A stretch of DNA of 64,000 bases from Octopus sinensis (taxonomy: Eukaryota): contig NC_042998.1 in assembly GCF_006345805.1 (NCBI RefSeq), forward strand, positions 87,668,001-87,732,000. The letters run 5' to 3'. Of this stretch, positions 39,156-53,599 are shown piece after piece. Each line of letters begins with the position of its first letter. Position 1 is the stretch's first letter. The notes under the pieces are model-generated. The model had not been told where the DNA came from and made no database searches. It saw only the letters and a list, made by a program, of their open reading frames with translations. A program made the position numbers and the translations under genes.

Positions 39156-41537
39156 AAGGAACAGAAACAGAAAAAGTGAGATATATATGCATGTACGTAC
39201 ATATAAAAAGGAATCTGTATGATATAGTATAATGGAGTATAATGTAATTATAGGAATGTAAAATGATTGATGTTTTATTGAAAAAAGCCTACCAAATCGG
39301 TATTTCTATAACACATAAAACATATTCATATATCAAACTGGAAAATTTTTTTTCGGTTATTTGGCATATTGTTTTATGTTTACAATTTTGTTTTTATACC
39401 ATAAGAAGTTTGAATGTGAAATAAAGAGAAGAGAGAGGGAGAGAGAGAGAGAGAGTGGAGGGGTGAGAAAGTAAGAGTATCTGACAATTCTTTCACTAAA
39501 GTTGAAAGACATGTGCGCATATTATAACTTACTTAAACAAGGCAAAGCACTGCTCATGACGGCTTTGTACAGCCTCCAAAACTGATAGGACAAGGGAAGG
39601 AGGTAACCAAGTTTTATTGTGTGGCTGTACATTAAGGTTTATTGTCCGAAGACGTTCTGAATGCTTGGACCATAATGACTAACATAGGCCCAAATATAAA
39701 TTTTGAAGAAGTAGAAACAATTGATTATACTTTGATCCATTATTTGGTTGTTACTCTATTTATTTGCCCCAGATGGATGAACGGTAATGTTTCCTTCAAC
39801 TTAATTTGAACTCAGAATTGAATGAATCAAAACGAAACTGCAAGATATCTGACTTTTTATAGATTCCGTCAATTCAACATAATAAACTTCATTAAAAAAC
39901 ACCCAAAGAGTGGGCGGTTGTGTCAATATTGCTGTGAGATTAAGTATACCACTCGAATGCAAGTACAGTTCGTCTGATGGTCTTTCACTCAGTTCATGTC
40001 GACCCAAGTTAACTTCGAAATCTATGAAAAATGACACTGTTGCATAGGCTCTTCCAAGATCAACCAGAAGGTTGTTAACGTTCTACTTAAACTGTTGTCA
40101 ACGGTTGTAGGAAGAATACCATGAGCACAGAAGAAAATTATAGGAAGAGAATGAAGGACTGGGTGTAGTAGCTAGAGCCTGAAGTGTAAACACAATGTGG
40201 CGAATGAGAGGAGGGGCGAAATAATTAGGACCGTCTGAAAGAAAGTGGCATGATGTCATTCACCTCCATAAAGCTTCTAGTAGATATAGAAAAGGCAGAA
40301 AGAGGAAATATCACACTTGTGGCACAGCGATCAGTATGCGCCAGTTAAGTGGGTTGCTTTATTTGGTTGTTGTTTAAGCTGTAAGCCTGTATAGCAGCGA
40401 CATTATACCAAATGTGGGAGAAGTACTTTATTGTGGGTTTCGCCTGAATTTTTTAAGGGTTAGCAGTTGTTGTGGGATGATTTGCTTAAGATGCCACGGA
40501 TGTTCTAATCACACAGCAAACAAATACATACAATATACTCATAGGTAAATTTGTGTTTGCTTTTATATTCACGATTCTCTTGAAGACAGTTGACAGTTAT
40601 TGGTTCTTTTAGGATTAATGAAATGGTTGAATGTTGAATTACATTGGACTGACTTTGAATAACTGGTCAATGCGATCGACTATATAATTATTGTTTAGGC
40701 TATAAAGTTAATGTATTTCAAATTGCTTGTCGTAATAATTCAAACTGTTTCATCCTTAACATACAGTTTGATGCAGAATATAAATCAATCAACTGACTCA
40801 ATAAAATATAAACTCAACCGTAGACTATAATAAACCCCATACAGCTCTTGTTATGATACAGAATACATGTTGAAATTATTTTCCACAGAATTTTCTTTAC
40901 ATCTCCTTTATTGTTACAACACAGCATTCTCTTAATGGAAGCTGGCTTTCTGACAACGGTCTCTAATAATGAGATTATTATTTTATTTACTCCATCTGAC
41001 ATCTATATTGCATATCTTTCCTTAGATTCTTTAATACTTAAAGGCTAGTTAGAAAATTGTCTCGGGACATGCTCTGTGCGAAAACCAAAGGATAAAGCCG
41101 GTGATAACATTATGCAGTAAATAAAGAATATTTTATTAAAATTACATTACTCTATTCTGTCTCCCAGCAACAATATTCCTCTGGAATACTCTTCCGATCA
41201 CAGTTTAACATCTACGACTAAAGCATGAAGGTTAAACCAAATAAATTCGATAAACAAATCTCAGAAACTCCTTTCCTAAGATAACTTTAAAACTGTCTAT
41301 GTTTTCTCTATTTCCATGACCAAATGATAAATAGAAACAGCCTCACTTCATCTCGCACAGAAATATGATTTTCTCTCAAATTATCAGTAATGTGTGAAAT
41401 ACTTCAGCGAACAGATACAAGTACACTAATATCATTACCAATTTTCCACATCAACAACTCCATTGCATCAGGAAATGCTCCCAGATTGTTTATTTGTAAA
41501 GCATAAGGCATAAAGTTTCACACTATTACAAACCCAA

Positions 41538-41630
41538 TGCGGTGAGCTGGCAGAATCATTTGCACGCCAGACAAAATGCTTTGCGGTATTTCGTCCGTCT
41601 TTCCGTTCTGAGTTCAAATTCCGCCGAGGA
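41538..41630 (+). mobile_element. Family D SINE 5' part, truncated by an AAT tract
   Basis: GCGGTGAGCTGGCAGAATC...GAGTTCAAATTCCGCCGAGG then (AAT)n. Confidence 0.8.
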
Positions 41631-41671
41631 TAATAATAATGATGATGATGATGATAATAATAATAATAATA

Positions 41672-41722
<51 letters not shown>

Positions 41723-41778
41723 GGAGTCGGGAAGACACTCGGCAAGAAATGGAAGCAAATTTGAAAGAGGAAAAAAAA

Positions 41779-41822
<44 letters not shown>

Positions 41823-42837
41823 GGGGTGATGATGATAGCAACAACATCAATAATAATAACAGCAAAAGAGCAAGGCAAAAAGCTGTTCTTTTGATGTGGA
41901 ATACGCCTTCAAAATGGAAGAGGTTGATGTAACAAATAATTATGAGGAGAAATGTTTAGCAACAAAAATCATGTAAAAGCCAAAATCTGAGTTAATTAAG
42001 CTTCAGAAAGCCTTGTTAAAACGACAGCAAGAAAAACTCCCACGGGGCTTATACCTGAAAAAGCAATTACAAAGAATCAAAGCAGAGAATGAAAAAAAAA
42101 ATTTTTTTTAATGGCAGCTTCGCTGAAAAGCCTAAGACCCAATGTTAAGACCGAAATAATTTGACGTTAACACAGGAATAAAGCCTTCCCACGAGAAACT
42201 ACTGAGTGAAAATAATGAAATAAAATACATTAACTAGAGAATAAAAGGAAGTTTAGAAGAAATTATTACATAACCATATTTCTCTGGCTACACAGTCTTA
42301 GCTTAAAGAAAAGATATTTTCAGGTATGACAGTGATGGTAGCTCTCAAAAACAGAAATCATGCCAGTACTTAGGGACTAGAGAACGAAGGAAACAGATAG
42401 AACTGTTAAGGACCTCTTGGTAAGGATGTGATGTGATTCAATATTTTAAGGCATTTTGTCGTACACAACTCTAAATAAAAATGAATAGATAAAAAGACAA
42501 GAAGAAAGTAAAATAAGATTAAAGTATAATATTTGAGATAACCATTTTGGTATGCTATCACACACATAATACGATGAGTTTAAGGACTTCTATCAGAAAG
42601 GTTATAAAGCAATTAGCAGATAAAAATCTCCCTGCATGAGTTTTGGAAATACTTAGATGAACTTGTATGAAGGAGAAAATCTCCGGTAGAAACATAGGTT
42701 TTGAAAAATAGAACATTTTAAAATAATAAATAGAAAATGGAGTCACTAGTATTACATTAATTCTTTTTTTACAGTAGTTTCAACAAAGTGTGGCTGACAA
42801 ATCAAATGTAATGCAAAAAAATATGGACTAAGACAAC

Positions 42838-42996
42838 GAAGTGGCTGTGTGGTAAGTAGCTTGTCTACCAACAACATGGTTCCGGGTTCAGTCCCACTGC
42901 GTGGAACCTTGGGCAAGTGTCTTCTACTATAGCCTCGGGCCGACCAAAGCCTTGTGAGTGGATTTGGTAGACGGAAACTGAAAGAAGCCCGTCGTA

Positions 42997-43034
<38 letters not shown>

Positions 43035-43250
43035 TGTGTGTGTTTGTGTGTCTGTGTTTGTCCCCTAGCATTGCTTGACAACCGATGCTTGTGTGTTTAT
43101 GTCCCCGTTACTTAGCGTTTCGGCAAAAGAGACCGATAGAATAAGTACTGGGCTTACAAAAGAATAAGTCCCGGGGTCTAGTTGCTCGAGTAAAGGCGGT
43201 GCTCCAGCATGGCCGCAGTCAAATGACTGAAACAAGTAAAAGAATAAAAG
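42838..43250 (+). mobile_element. Family A SINE
   Basis: AGTGGCTGTGTGGTAAG...GGTTCAGTCCC...CCTTGGGCAAG... with a GAAACAAGTAAAAGA tail. Confidence 0.87.
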
Positions 43251-43857
43251 AAAGAAAGAATATAGTCACGTACACTACATTATTCATATAACATGATGAC
43301 ATCCACAGTCATTTAGCCATAACGGAATGAACGAATATAATGCAGTTATAATTCGTCTATTTCACTCAAATAGGAACAAACATGATAAGTTAGTGAGAAT
43401 TGTCTCCCGAGTAAAGAAGGAAAAGTTTATTAGCTAAATAGTCCCTTCTACTTGATGCTATGCACACAGCAGGAGACCTTTAAGATATACATATTGAATA
43501 ATTTCCTATGACTATGCGAATGTGCAAAAGGCCTATCCATTAATCTTAGGAAGAAGGTTTTAACGTTGGGTGAAGAAAGTGAGAAAAAAGCATTAGCGAA
43601 TTTCCCAAAGCCTCACGTAGAGGCATGATAGGATGAAAACGTTGGTTTAACAGTGAGTGCACTGTCAATGGCCAATGAAGCACAGAGACCGTGGTCTATG
43701 AAGTCGAAGAAGTGTTGTACAACACACGCGCGCGCGCACACACATACACGCACACACATACACACACGCACACACAGACACACAGAAATATGGTGGGGCA
43801 ATTGAGAAACCCTTTAAAGCCAAGTTAAATAATTACAGATCTTCTTTTAGAGTCAAG

Positions 43858-44110
43858 GTGAGGCGCAAAGTTACAATATTAGGCAGTTATATATGGCGAT
43901 TAAAAGAGGAAGAAACCCCGAAAATAACCAACTGGAATCTTCTGAAACAGCCTGAGCCTTATCTGAAAGGAAGTAGTCGTTGCAAGTTTTACTTGACTGA
44001 GAGGTGTATTATTCGAAAATGTTCGCATGATCAGATGCCTTCCTGAAGACAAAATATTTTGTTGCTGCCCTCTGGAAAAGAAACTCGTAGTTGTCCCCGT
44101 TTCTGGACTA
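43858..44110 (+). mobile_element. Penelope-like element C-terminal remnant
   Basis: LGSYIWRLKEEE..NWNLLKQPEPYLKGSSRCKFYLTERCII resembles the post-GIY-YIG tail LSKYIWxLK..IxWSIL..A.PY..GSKRCNLCLTEK. Confidence 0.65.
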
Positions 44111-45377
44111 TAGAACGAAAAATATGAACACATGCACATTACCTTTTGGAAAATACTATAACTTTTCATCACTTTTTCGTTCTGCTTTTCCATCATGACT
44201 TATCGAACCAGAACTATATGATCATTTACAGTATTAAAGAAACAGGCTATGCCCTACCGGTTAACATGTCTGAAGAGTTGTCAATGTTTCCAAGTGCAAC
44301 AGTCGGTTAGGAACGTCGGTGACATTCCGATCCGCATTATGCAATTTTTGTAGAAAAAACGATGTGTAAAGATGCAGGCTACCAGAAAAGATATCAGAGA
44401 AAATGAATTTTAATTCAAATTATTGCAATGTACTTTCCCACTTAAATCGCCAGTAGCAATTTTAGATAAAAATGTAAATATTTTCTAACATTTGTATATG
44501 CATTTTCTTCTATCTGTATTTTAATATAAACTTACTCGTGTGAAACCGCTTAAGCGATTCATTATGTATATATGTGTGTATGTGTATACTATATGTATAC
44601 AGTAATCACACACACACACACACTAACATGCGTGCGCATTTATATAGATATGTATATGTCTATACCATAGACATTTGCACTGTGTAGCTTGGTCGGAATC
44701 ACACGTAAATCAGTCAAAGGGAAAGGATTTATATGATGTATATGTTTATCTTGCATAAAATTTTATGTGATTTCGTTTTATCGCTTTCACCCTCTGTATG
44801 TGTGTGTGTGTGTGTGTGTTGTGTGTGTGTGTGTGTGTGCCTGCGTGCATGCGTATGTATTGATCTCTAATTTGAATTCTTCCCAGTCTTGTACGAAGAA
44901 GAATTTTAGCTATATCCACAGACATTTTATTCTTCTCTCAGATTCTTGCTCAACTGTTTTTCTCTTCTATTCTTGTTTAAGCTGTTACTACATGCATGTT
45001 TGTATATATGTACGTATGTATCTATGTATGTCATTGTTCAGTTTTATTTCGAGATTTATTGCCAATAGAGAAAGAGTCGGTTTCTAACCTGGATTCAAGG
45101 CTCCTTCTTTGGAATTTCAACATCAACAATAGGGTATTTTCGTTTTTTATGCATGAATATATGTATGTGCTTATGTATATATGCAGATTTGTATGTTTTG
45201 CTTTATGCATATCTTCTCATTCATATAGGTGCATATCTAGACATGCTCATATATATTTAAATGCATGCATGTATGTATGTATGCATGTATGTATGTATAC
45301 GCACGAATACACACACATACACATGAAAATACATACCCTCTCTCACACACACATACATACATACATACATACATACA

Positions 45378-45409
<32 letters not shown>

Positions 45410-46002
45410 CATATATATATATGAAATGAAATAATGGCTATAAATGAACTGGAAATTATATATTGAACTTCATTATCTTACAGCTGTTTCTGCTATAGAT
45501 GCAGTACACATAGAACTGAGTACTTCTGCATCACCTCATGACTCCCTCGGAGCTCCAATGAGACTATAAGGTGATAGCCGTAAATTAATGTAATTCATTG
45601 CATAATTTCTTGTTCCTTTGTCATTATTTAATTTCATATTTTGCTCTGTACTCATCAAACGCTTTATGGGGTTCTAACCACACTTTACCAGTATCGCTAC
45701 ACCAAGGCAAAACCTTAAAATACATACATAACAAAACATACACACATACATACATAAAAAATATTCTGTTGTTGATGGTAAAATTCCAATGAAGGAGCAT
45801 TTGATCTAGGTTAGAAACCGTCTCTTTCTCTATTGGTAAGAAATCTTGAAACAAAACTGAACAATGACATACGTACATACATACATGCATACATACATAC
45901 ATACATACATACATACATACATACATACATACATACATAGTCGTCTTTGAATCCACAAGTTCACAAGACAGAAAATATTTTCAATAGACTGTGCATATTA
46001 AT

Positions 46003-46145
46003 CAGTGTACGGTGTTATATATCCATCACGGCCGATCATACAAATCGTTTCACACCGGGTATTAAACCGGATGTTAGAAAACAGCACGGTTCTATTTGTA
46101 TGATTGGTATGATTGGTCGTAATAGATATATAATAGTGTACACTT
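46003..46145. mobile_element. Small foldback MITE
   Basis: GTGTAC..TTATATATC..CGGCCGATCATACAAAT versus the inverted ATTTGTATGATTGG..CGTAATAGATATATAATAGTGTACAC. Confidence 0.6.
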
Positions 46146-46234
46146 GATTGATATATACATACACACATATACACACACACGCCCACACACGGGCACAGCC
46201 ATAAATACATATGTATATGCACACACACACACAC

Positions 46235-46295
<61 letters not shown>

Positions 46296-46959
46296 GTATA
46301 TATAATTAAATAATAAGGGCCGAAATTAATATTAATCAATTGAAACAAGTGGCTTAGCATATTTAAAAAATCCGAAGATTAAAAAATTGTGTTACATACA
46401 AAATTAAGAGGAATGAGCACTAAAGCGGACACCCTATATGCTAAACATAGACGTCAAATCGTCTTTACCACGAAGAATGTGTTCTCGAGAAAAAATCTCA
46501 GCAAAACGCCAAAGTGTAAAAATAAGTAAGACAAATGAAAATATGCGAAATAAAAAACGATTATCTACGTACCATGGTTTCACTTGTTAATATCTTCGTA
46601 TATAAATACGCAAATATCTGCAAGATCGTCAGCGTTGTCCGTCGCTTACAAAACACAATTTCCCGAACTAGATACAGATCGCTCAACCGAAATCGAGCAT
46701 GTGTAAAGTTTTACAAATTATATTTGGATGTATTTTTCAAATGTCTCCATTTTGGCGCGCTGAAGCCGGAAATTACTCTGCAGTTAATGAGTTACAGCAG
46801 TCAATTTACCGGTTAGAGAACATTATTTATTTAAAATTAAATAATAAGGGTAGAAATTAATATTAATCAATTAAAACCAGTGGCTTGGCATATTTAAAAA
46901 ATCCGAAAATTAAAAATTCAATATAGGGTGTCTACTTCAGTGGTCATTCCTCTTAATTC

Positions 46960-47063
<104 letters not shown>

Positions 47064-47082
47064 GTATATATATATGTGTGTG

Positions 47083-47125
<43 letters not shown>

Positions 47126-47784
47126 ATAGATAGCTAGATAAACATAGATAGATAGTTGTATAAACAGAAGCCAATAAGCGCTGGTATGTTGAAGTCACTT
47201 CTATTAATTTTTGACTATTGTTACATTTAATTATACTTAAAATAAACACACAGGTCCCCACACACAAATACACGCGTATACACACACACATATATACATA
47301 CATACATACATACGTACATACATACATACACATATACATTACACATATACATATGTGTATGCATATATTTATATATATATACATATATATATGTATGTAT
47401 AAATGTATGTATGTATATATGTTTATATGTATACATAGAAAATATTTGCTTTTTTCGACATGTGTGTGAATGCGTGTGAACAGGCCCTGTTCCAGCGCTA
47501 AATAGATATCATTCTGAATTAATTACGTTCCATATTTATCACATAGACTGTCGTCGTAGCTGTAAATATCCTAGGTTATTGATAAGTATTTATAGAGTAC
47601 TTTGTGCTTTTATGCCTCAGGCTAGATATTTCGTTACGTGTCGTATTCATGATATACATGTTTAAATCACACACACACACATGCACACACACGCCCACAC
47701 ACACGCACACACTCACACACATAAATACACACAGAGATTGTGTATTTGTGTGTATATATATATATGTAAATAGTTTTTATATGC

Positions 47785-47837
47785 TTGTGTGTCTTCTACT
47801 CTAGCTTCAGGCCAACCAAAGCCTTGTGAGTGGATTT

Positions 47838-47910
<73 letters not shown>

Positions 47911-48015
47911 TGTGTGTGTGTGTGTGTGTGTATGTGTGTGACTGTGTTTGTCTCCCCGCCACCGCTTGACAACGAATGCTGGTGTATTTATGTCCCCAAA
48001 ACTTAGCGGACCCAT
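47785..48015 (-). mobile_element. Family A SINE middle fragment
   Basis: CCAAAGCCTTGTGAGTGGATTTGG and CCGCTTGACAACGAATGCTGGTG segments, split by a (TA)n tract. Confidence 0.6.
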
Positions 48016-48191
48016 TGGCTATGTACGGATGATAAATTAACTTATTTGTTCAATAGTACAGAAGCTCGAGTTTGGGGTTAACTATAAATAAGTTTTGTTT
48101 TCATTCTCTTTGGAATTACGTTTTTCGTGGTGTGTGTTTGGCTGCCCTTTGTAGGTTCACCTTTCTGTATAAATACTCATACACTCATATA

Positions 48192-48232
<41 letters not shown>

Positions 48233-48667
48233 TATATATAGAGAGAGAGAGAGCGAGAGAGTGAGAGAGCGAGAGAGAGAGAGAAAGAGAGAGAGTTAGC
48301 AGTTGTAGTAACCGACCGAGGGATACAATATCCGTATGTACTATCAGTATCCGTTACCTGTGTTTCCCCGGGAAATGGTGTGCAGGGACACCATATACAT
48401 CGAGGATGTAACCAACACAAATAATTAGAAAAGGAGAAAAATATAGATTAATCAATACATCGATAAAATCACATTTAAAGCTTGTTTATTGATACAAAGC
48501 AAGACATAACAAAGCTAACAGCTGTTTCTGATAAAAATCCCCAGAATGCACTCTTCATCTTCATAGGGCATTCGAATTAAGGCAACCGATCTTCATCAGA
48601 GTGAAAAGCAAAAGCATACAATATAAACAAAAGGGAGAAAGAAGAGATAAGAAAACATGGTTTAGAT

Positions 48668-51600
48668 CAGTGGTTCTCAACCTTTTTCAAAATGTTTGCT
48701 TCGCTGTCCCCAGGCCATGTTTTGGAGGTCTCGCGGTCTCCTGGCCATTTTTGGGAGGCCTCGCGGTCCCCGGCCTATTTTGGCAGGAAAAAGAGATTAA
48801 TCAAATGCAAAATGTTCGCGATCATTCTACTATTAGGCTTAAGTAGTTGAATACACAAAATCTGAATAATGCCATTAAATATAAATGTTAGATGTAAGCA
48901 TAAAATAACAATAATGACACTAACAGGACACCAGATGTTGGCAAAATGATATGAAAAAATTAACATTTTGTTTCTTTTAGGCTATGAAGTAGGGTCCCAG
49001 TTTACTATACCAAACTTTAATTATTCATTATTAATTTATGTTTTCAAACCCATTTTCACAAATATTAAGTTCGGTGGCAAGTAAGGCCAGGTATAAGAAA
49101 GGGACCATCGGCATTGACGTAGCGCTTAATTCTTTGTTTATTTTCGCCGATTCTTTCCTTGATTCGCATATATATTTGCCGAAAACCGATAGAAGACAGG
49201 ATATTTTTGATAGATGTATTAAAGAAAAATCATTAAACCTGTTCAAAAGAAGGATTAATGTATTTGCTTTAGCTTTACCAACTCGTCTATATTTGGCTGG
49301 GTTCTGGATAATGCAACCCTCATATCGCGTGTAACATCCAGTCTGTTTCATTGTTTGCTTTTTATCGATTGAAGAGCAGAAAACACCAACTCGCACTCAT
49401 AAGTGGTTGTGAAGGGAACCAGATATTTCAGTGCCATCTTTGAAATATCTGGATAAAGCTGTGCTATCTGAATCCAAAAGTCACAACAACTCCTTTCACG
49501 AAAGATCTGTTTTGCAGCTCCGTCATTCAACAATTCTAAGAACTGCACTGCACGGTTATGTCATCGGAAGGGAGATCAGCAAGAGATATGGGAAATGGAT
49601 TGTTTATGAAGCAGTAAAGTTGCTCAAAGTTTTGCAAATTAGGAAAATATAGGAATAATTCTTCCCTAATAAAGCAAATAGGGTTTCGCATCATCTCAAC
49701 CATATCATCATCGACGAGGGACGCGTTTTCATCAATATATTTATTAAGCTGAGGAAAAGGGACAAAGTTTTTCCTCTGCAATTTTGAAGCCCAAAGTTCC
49801 AGTTTCATTTTAAAAGCAGATATGTTTTCCTGGCAGTGAAGTACTGTCACACCTTTTCCTTGCAGGGTTAGATTAAGAGTGTTGAAAGAGTCGAATATAA
49901 AAAATCGAACGTCACAAAATTTAGCTCACAAACAAGGCTTCGAGTCCCGAATAAATTCACTTATTTCGTTTCGAAGCAAGAAAACTCGCATCAGTATTTT
50001 CCCTTTAGATAACCATCGGACGCGAGAGTGCAACAGAAGAGTTTCAAAATCGGCATAATTTTCTCGGCATAAATCTGCGAAGAGACGAGAATTTAGCGCC
50101 CCAGATTTGATGAAGTTGACTACAGCAATAACATCATTCAGAACATTTTAAAGTGTATCTGGTAAAGTCTTAGCCATAAGAGCTTGTTAGTGAATTGTAC
50201 AATGTGTCCCAAGAGCATTCGGGGCTTTTTGTTTGACAAGTGTTTGAAAACCCGAGCGGCAACCTAGCATAACCGGAGCGCCGTCAGTGTAGACACCGAT
50301 ACAGTGCTCCCAATTGATGTCATGTGCACGTAAGCGGTTGTCAACTTTGACGAAAATGTCCTTTGCTGTCGTTTTAGAGTGGAGAGATTCGCAAAACAGA
50401 AAATCGTCTTCCATACTCTTATTGTGAATATACCGTACAAAGATGCACAGTTGAGCCATATTCGATATCCGTAGATTCATCAAGTTGGAAAGAAAAGAAG
50501 TTGAATGTGGAATTCTTTATTTTTGCCACCACTTGGGAAAGGATATTTTCAGATAATTCGGCGATTCGTCTATTGATGGTGTCATTTGAAAGGGAGATAT
50601 GTTTCAGTTTTGAAAGCTCACATTGACCGAAAACATTTGAAATAATCATTCTGCAACAAGGCAAGATCAGTTGTTCTCTAATGTTGTGTGGCTTTCTTTT
50701 TGTGATAGCGATTTTTAACGAAATTTCGAAGTAATATCAAAAGAACTTCCCGTGTCATCAAGTCTAAAGCGTATCAGAACATCAGCTTTTTCTCTGAAAA
50801 AATCCTCCTTTTTGTCAACAAAGCAAGGGTGTTTTGTTTCCAAGTGTCGCTTTAGCTTGCTGGGTTTGAGAGATGATGCCAAAACCTCGGAACACAGAAC
50901 GCACTGTGGTCTCTCCTCCCCATTTGAAATTATAACAGTAAAGCCAAATTTCAAGAAGGATATGTCATATTTCATTTTCTTTCTTGGATTGATTCCAAAA
51001 AACAGAAATTTACATGGTGTCAACCGTGCAACTAATGGTAATTGATAAACTACATCTTCACATTCGATTTGGCAAAATTATTCGACTTGATAGCCTTATT
51101 TTACTTTGAAAATAATCATGATCGAGTAATCATAACCCTAACGCACGAGAACATAAACCAGTGTATGTAAACTTACATTAGATTACGAATATGATGAATT
51201 TCTCTGTAACGGTAAATCGTCTGAGAGCGATTGAAGTTGATGAAATCACCCGTGCTTACAAGATCACTTGCAAAAAGGAAAATTTACTTAATCAAGTTGC
51301 ACTGTGAATAGTGTTTTAAAGCTGCATTCATAATCACAGACCACTCACTTAAGACTAAAATTGCCAGCATAACGGCCGATACAGTGCGCTGTATACGCAT
51401 GCGTGAACCCACTAGTATGACCTTACCATGCATGTCTAGACAGGTTTTGCTAAGCTACCAGCATACTATATTCTACGACAATGCACATGAGAATTGCGTA
51501 TTCATACAAATACCCACTATGAATATACGATTATGTTTTGATGTAAAAAATTTCTAAAATTGTTGGCAATTTGCCACTCAATAACAGAAAAGATTTCCGA

Positions 51601-51674
51601 TGCTTTCGCAGTACCCGCAAAAATCGCTTCGCGGTCCCCAAGGGGACCACAGACCCCCAGGTTGAGAACCACTG
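48668..51674 (-). mobile_element. Complete Buster/Charlie-type hAT DNA transposon (3007 bp), transposase decayed
   Basis: 15-bp TIRs CAGTGGTTCTCAACC (48668-48682 / 51660-51674); 8-bp flanks GTTTAGAT / GCTTAGAC with central TA; transposase pieces on the minus strand. Confidence 0.93.
49270..51000 (-). pseudogene. hAT transposase (BED finger, DDE, dimerisation domain), ZBED5/SCAND3/TcBuster-like
   Basis: PQCVLCSEVL..KPSKLKRHLETKH; LSNDTINRRI; FQLDESTD; QLCIFVRY; DGAPVMLG; THCTIH; VRWLSKG; FWIQ..YPDISKMAL..PFTTTYECELVFS. Confidence 0.9.
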
Positions 51675-52239
51675 GCTTAGACAAATAGTCTAAAAGCCCA
51701 ATATGATAAGTGCACATAATTATTTACCACCCGAGCTCAAAGAACGTAGATAAGAAAATGAGCTATTAAAGGATTAGGGAATGCTACAAGTTATTAGCGG
51801 GAGGGTGCCGCTAGGAGGTAGGGTCAGGGTGTAAAAGGAAGAAGTTATCAAGAAGCTCTGTGTAAATAAGATAGTAATATAATTCTCAAAAGGGAAACCT
51901 ATGTCAAACAGAGTAAACTTAAGTAAAGTTTAAAAAAAAATGACGTCGGTTACTAAATAAAAAAATTTACTCGCAGGAACTATGTGATTGGGAAGCAAAC
52001 TTCTTACCGCTGCACCTGTGTCTCTTAATATTTTCCTACTTGAACTTTTGATATCCTACTAATATTCCTTACTAGTTTTTGAAGACAGCTGGTATGTGTC
52101 ACATGGGTGTGTTCATGCAGATAAACTTCTCTTTGTGTTTTTTTTTATATGTATTGTGTACATTGGTACATTGTTTTATTGCGACATCTAAGAAATTAAC
52201 TGAGAGAGGTTTATCGTAATGGTGATTTAGCTAGCCAAA

Positions 52240-52510
52240 AGTTCGAAAGTATTTTGCCATGTTCTTCTTTAACCTACCAAGAGTATACTTACTATCTTTG
52301 TAAGAAACGGTTAAATCATTATTTTGATATAAACCTAAATGTACATACCGTAAGTTATTGTTTGAGATAATTTGTATAGATATGTTTTGTCACAACATAG
52401 ATTCTTAGGTTTACGCATTATATGAAGATCCATAGTTGCTAGCAAGTGAGATGGCTGTCAACAGGAAGGGTATTCTGCAGTGTGCAAGAACTCTGAATAA
52501 ACAGCTTTAT
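52240..52510 (+). mobile_element. Second, older hAT transposase remnant
   Basis: My translation at 52443 gives QVRWLSTGRVFCSVQEL (cf. EVRWLSRGKVL). Confidence 0.5.
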
Positions 52511-53262
52511 TTTTTGTTATTGGAGAAACTAACCAAAAAACAACTTTGTGAATATTTTTATTATGAATTTCAGATTTGTAGCTGAAGTTTGTACAGTAAA
52601 AAAAGAAATCATTCTGAATTCTACGAATAAACTAGCAACATTTCAGAAAGAATAGTAAGTCGATAAAGTAAAGTAAGAGATGGTATTGTTAAAATGTTTC
52701 CATTGATAAACAGACATCATACAAAGGAAGTTCTTCTTCTTATTGTTGAACAACTAAGAAGTCTAGAAGAGAAATTAGGCATTTAATTTCTTTCTTTAAA
52801 CATTGCAAATATAATTCACTTCAAGCCATAAGAAATTCAACTCATGTTGGATTGATTGTAATGAAATATGAAGAGCTTCATCTTAAAAATGAGATTTGGT
52901 TTTCCATAAAAAAAGGATAACCTTCAGTAGCTATAAGATATACGTCTATTCACATTCTATTTTCAACGTTACATTATAAAATTTCTACATCGATAAGCAG
53001 TACAGTAAATGTAAAGAAAGAGAATTTATGCAACGCATTCAGGAAGAAGTGGGAGTCTGTTATTACACATAACTCCCAACACTGAAAACAAACAAAAATC
53101 ATAAAAAAATAATGTCTCAGAAAAACATGATTAACAAACAATGTAAGGTATAATTTTCTATATTTTTTCAAAACTTTTAACCTAAAATTATATTTTAATA
53201 ATTTCTCTTTCCATGATATCAAATATTATATACAACAACGAGATCAATAAAACTGGAGAATA

Positions 53263-53300
<38 letters not shown>

Positions 53301-53359
53301 CAAACATACACAAGCACACATAGATACACACGCGCATGCACACCCACACCCACATGTAC

Positions 53360-53392
<33 letters not shown>

Positions 53393-53599
53393 TACATATG
53401 CATATACATATATATGCACGAGCACATCCACACACACATTCACACACAGACAGACACACACACACACACACATACACACATATATACACATATACACATA
53501 TATAATGAATAAATATCAGTGTAAGAAAAAATTTTAGAAATGTTTTACTACCAGTGGCCTAGCATTTAGAAAAATAGTCAATAGACTATATATTATTCA

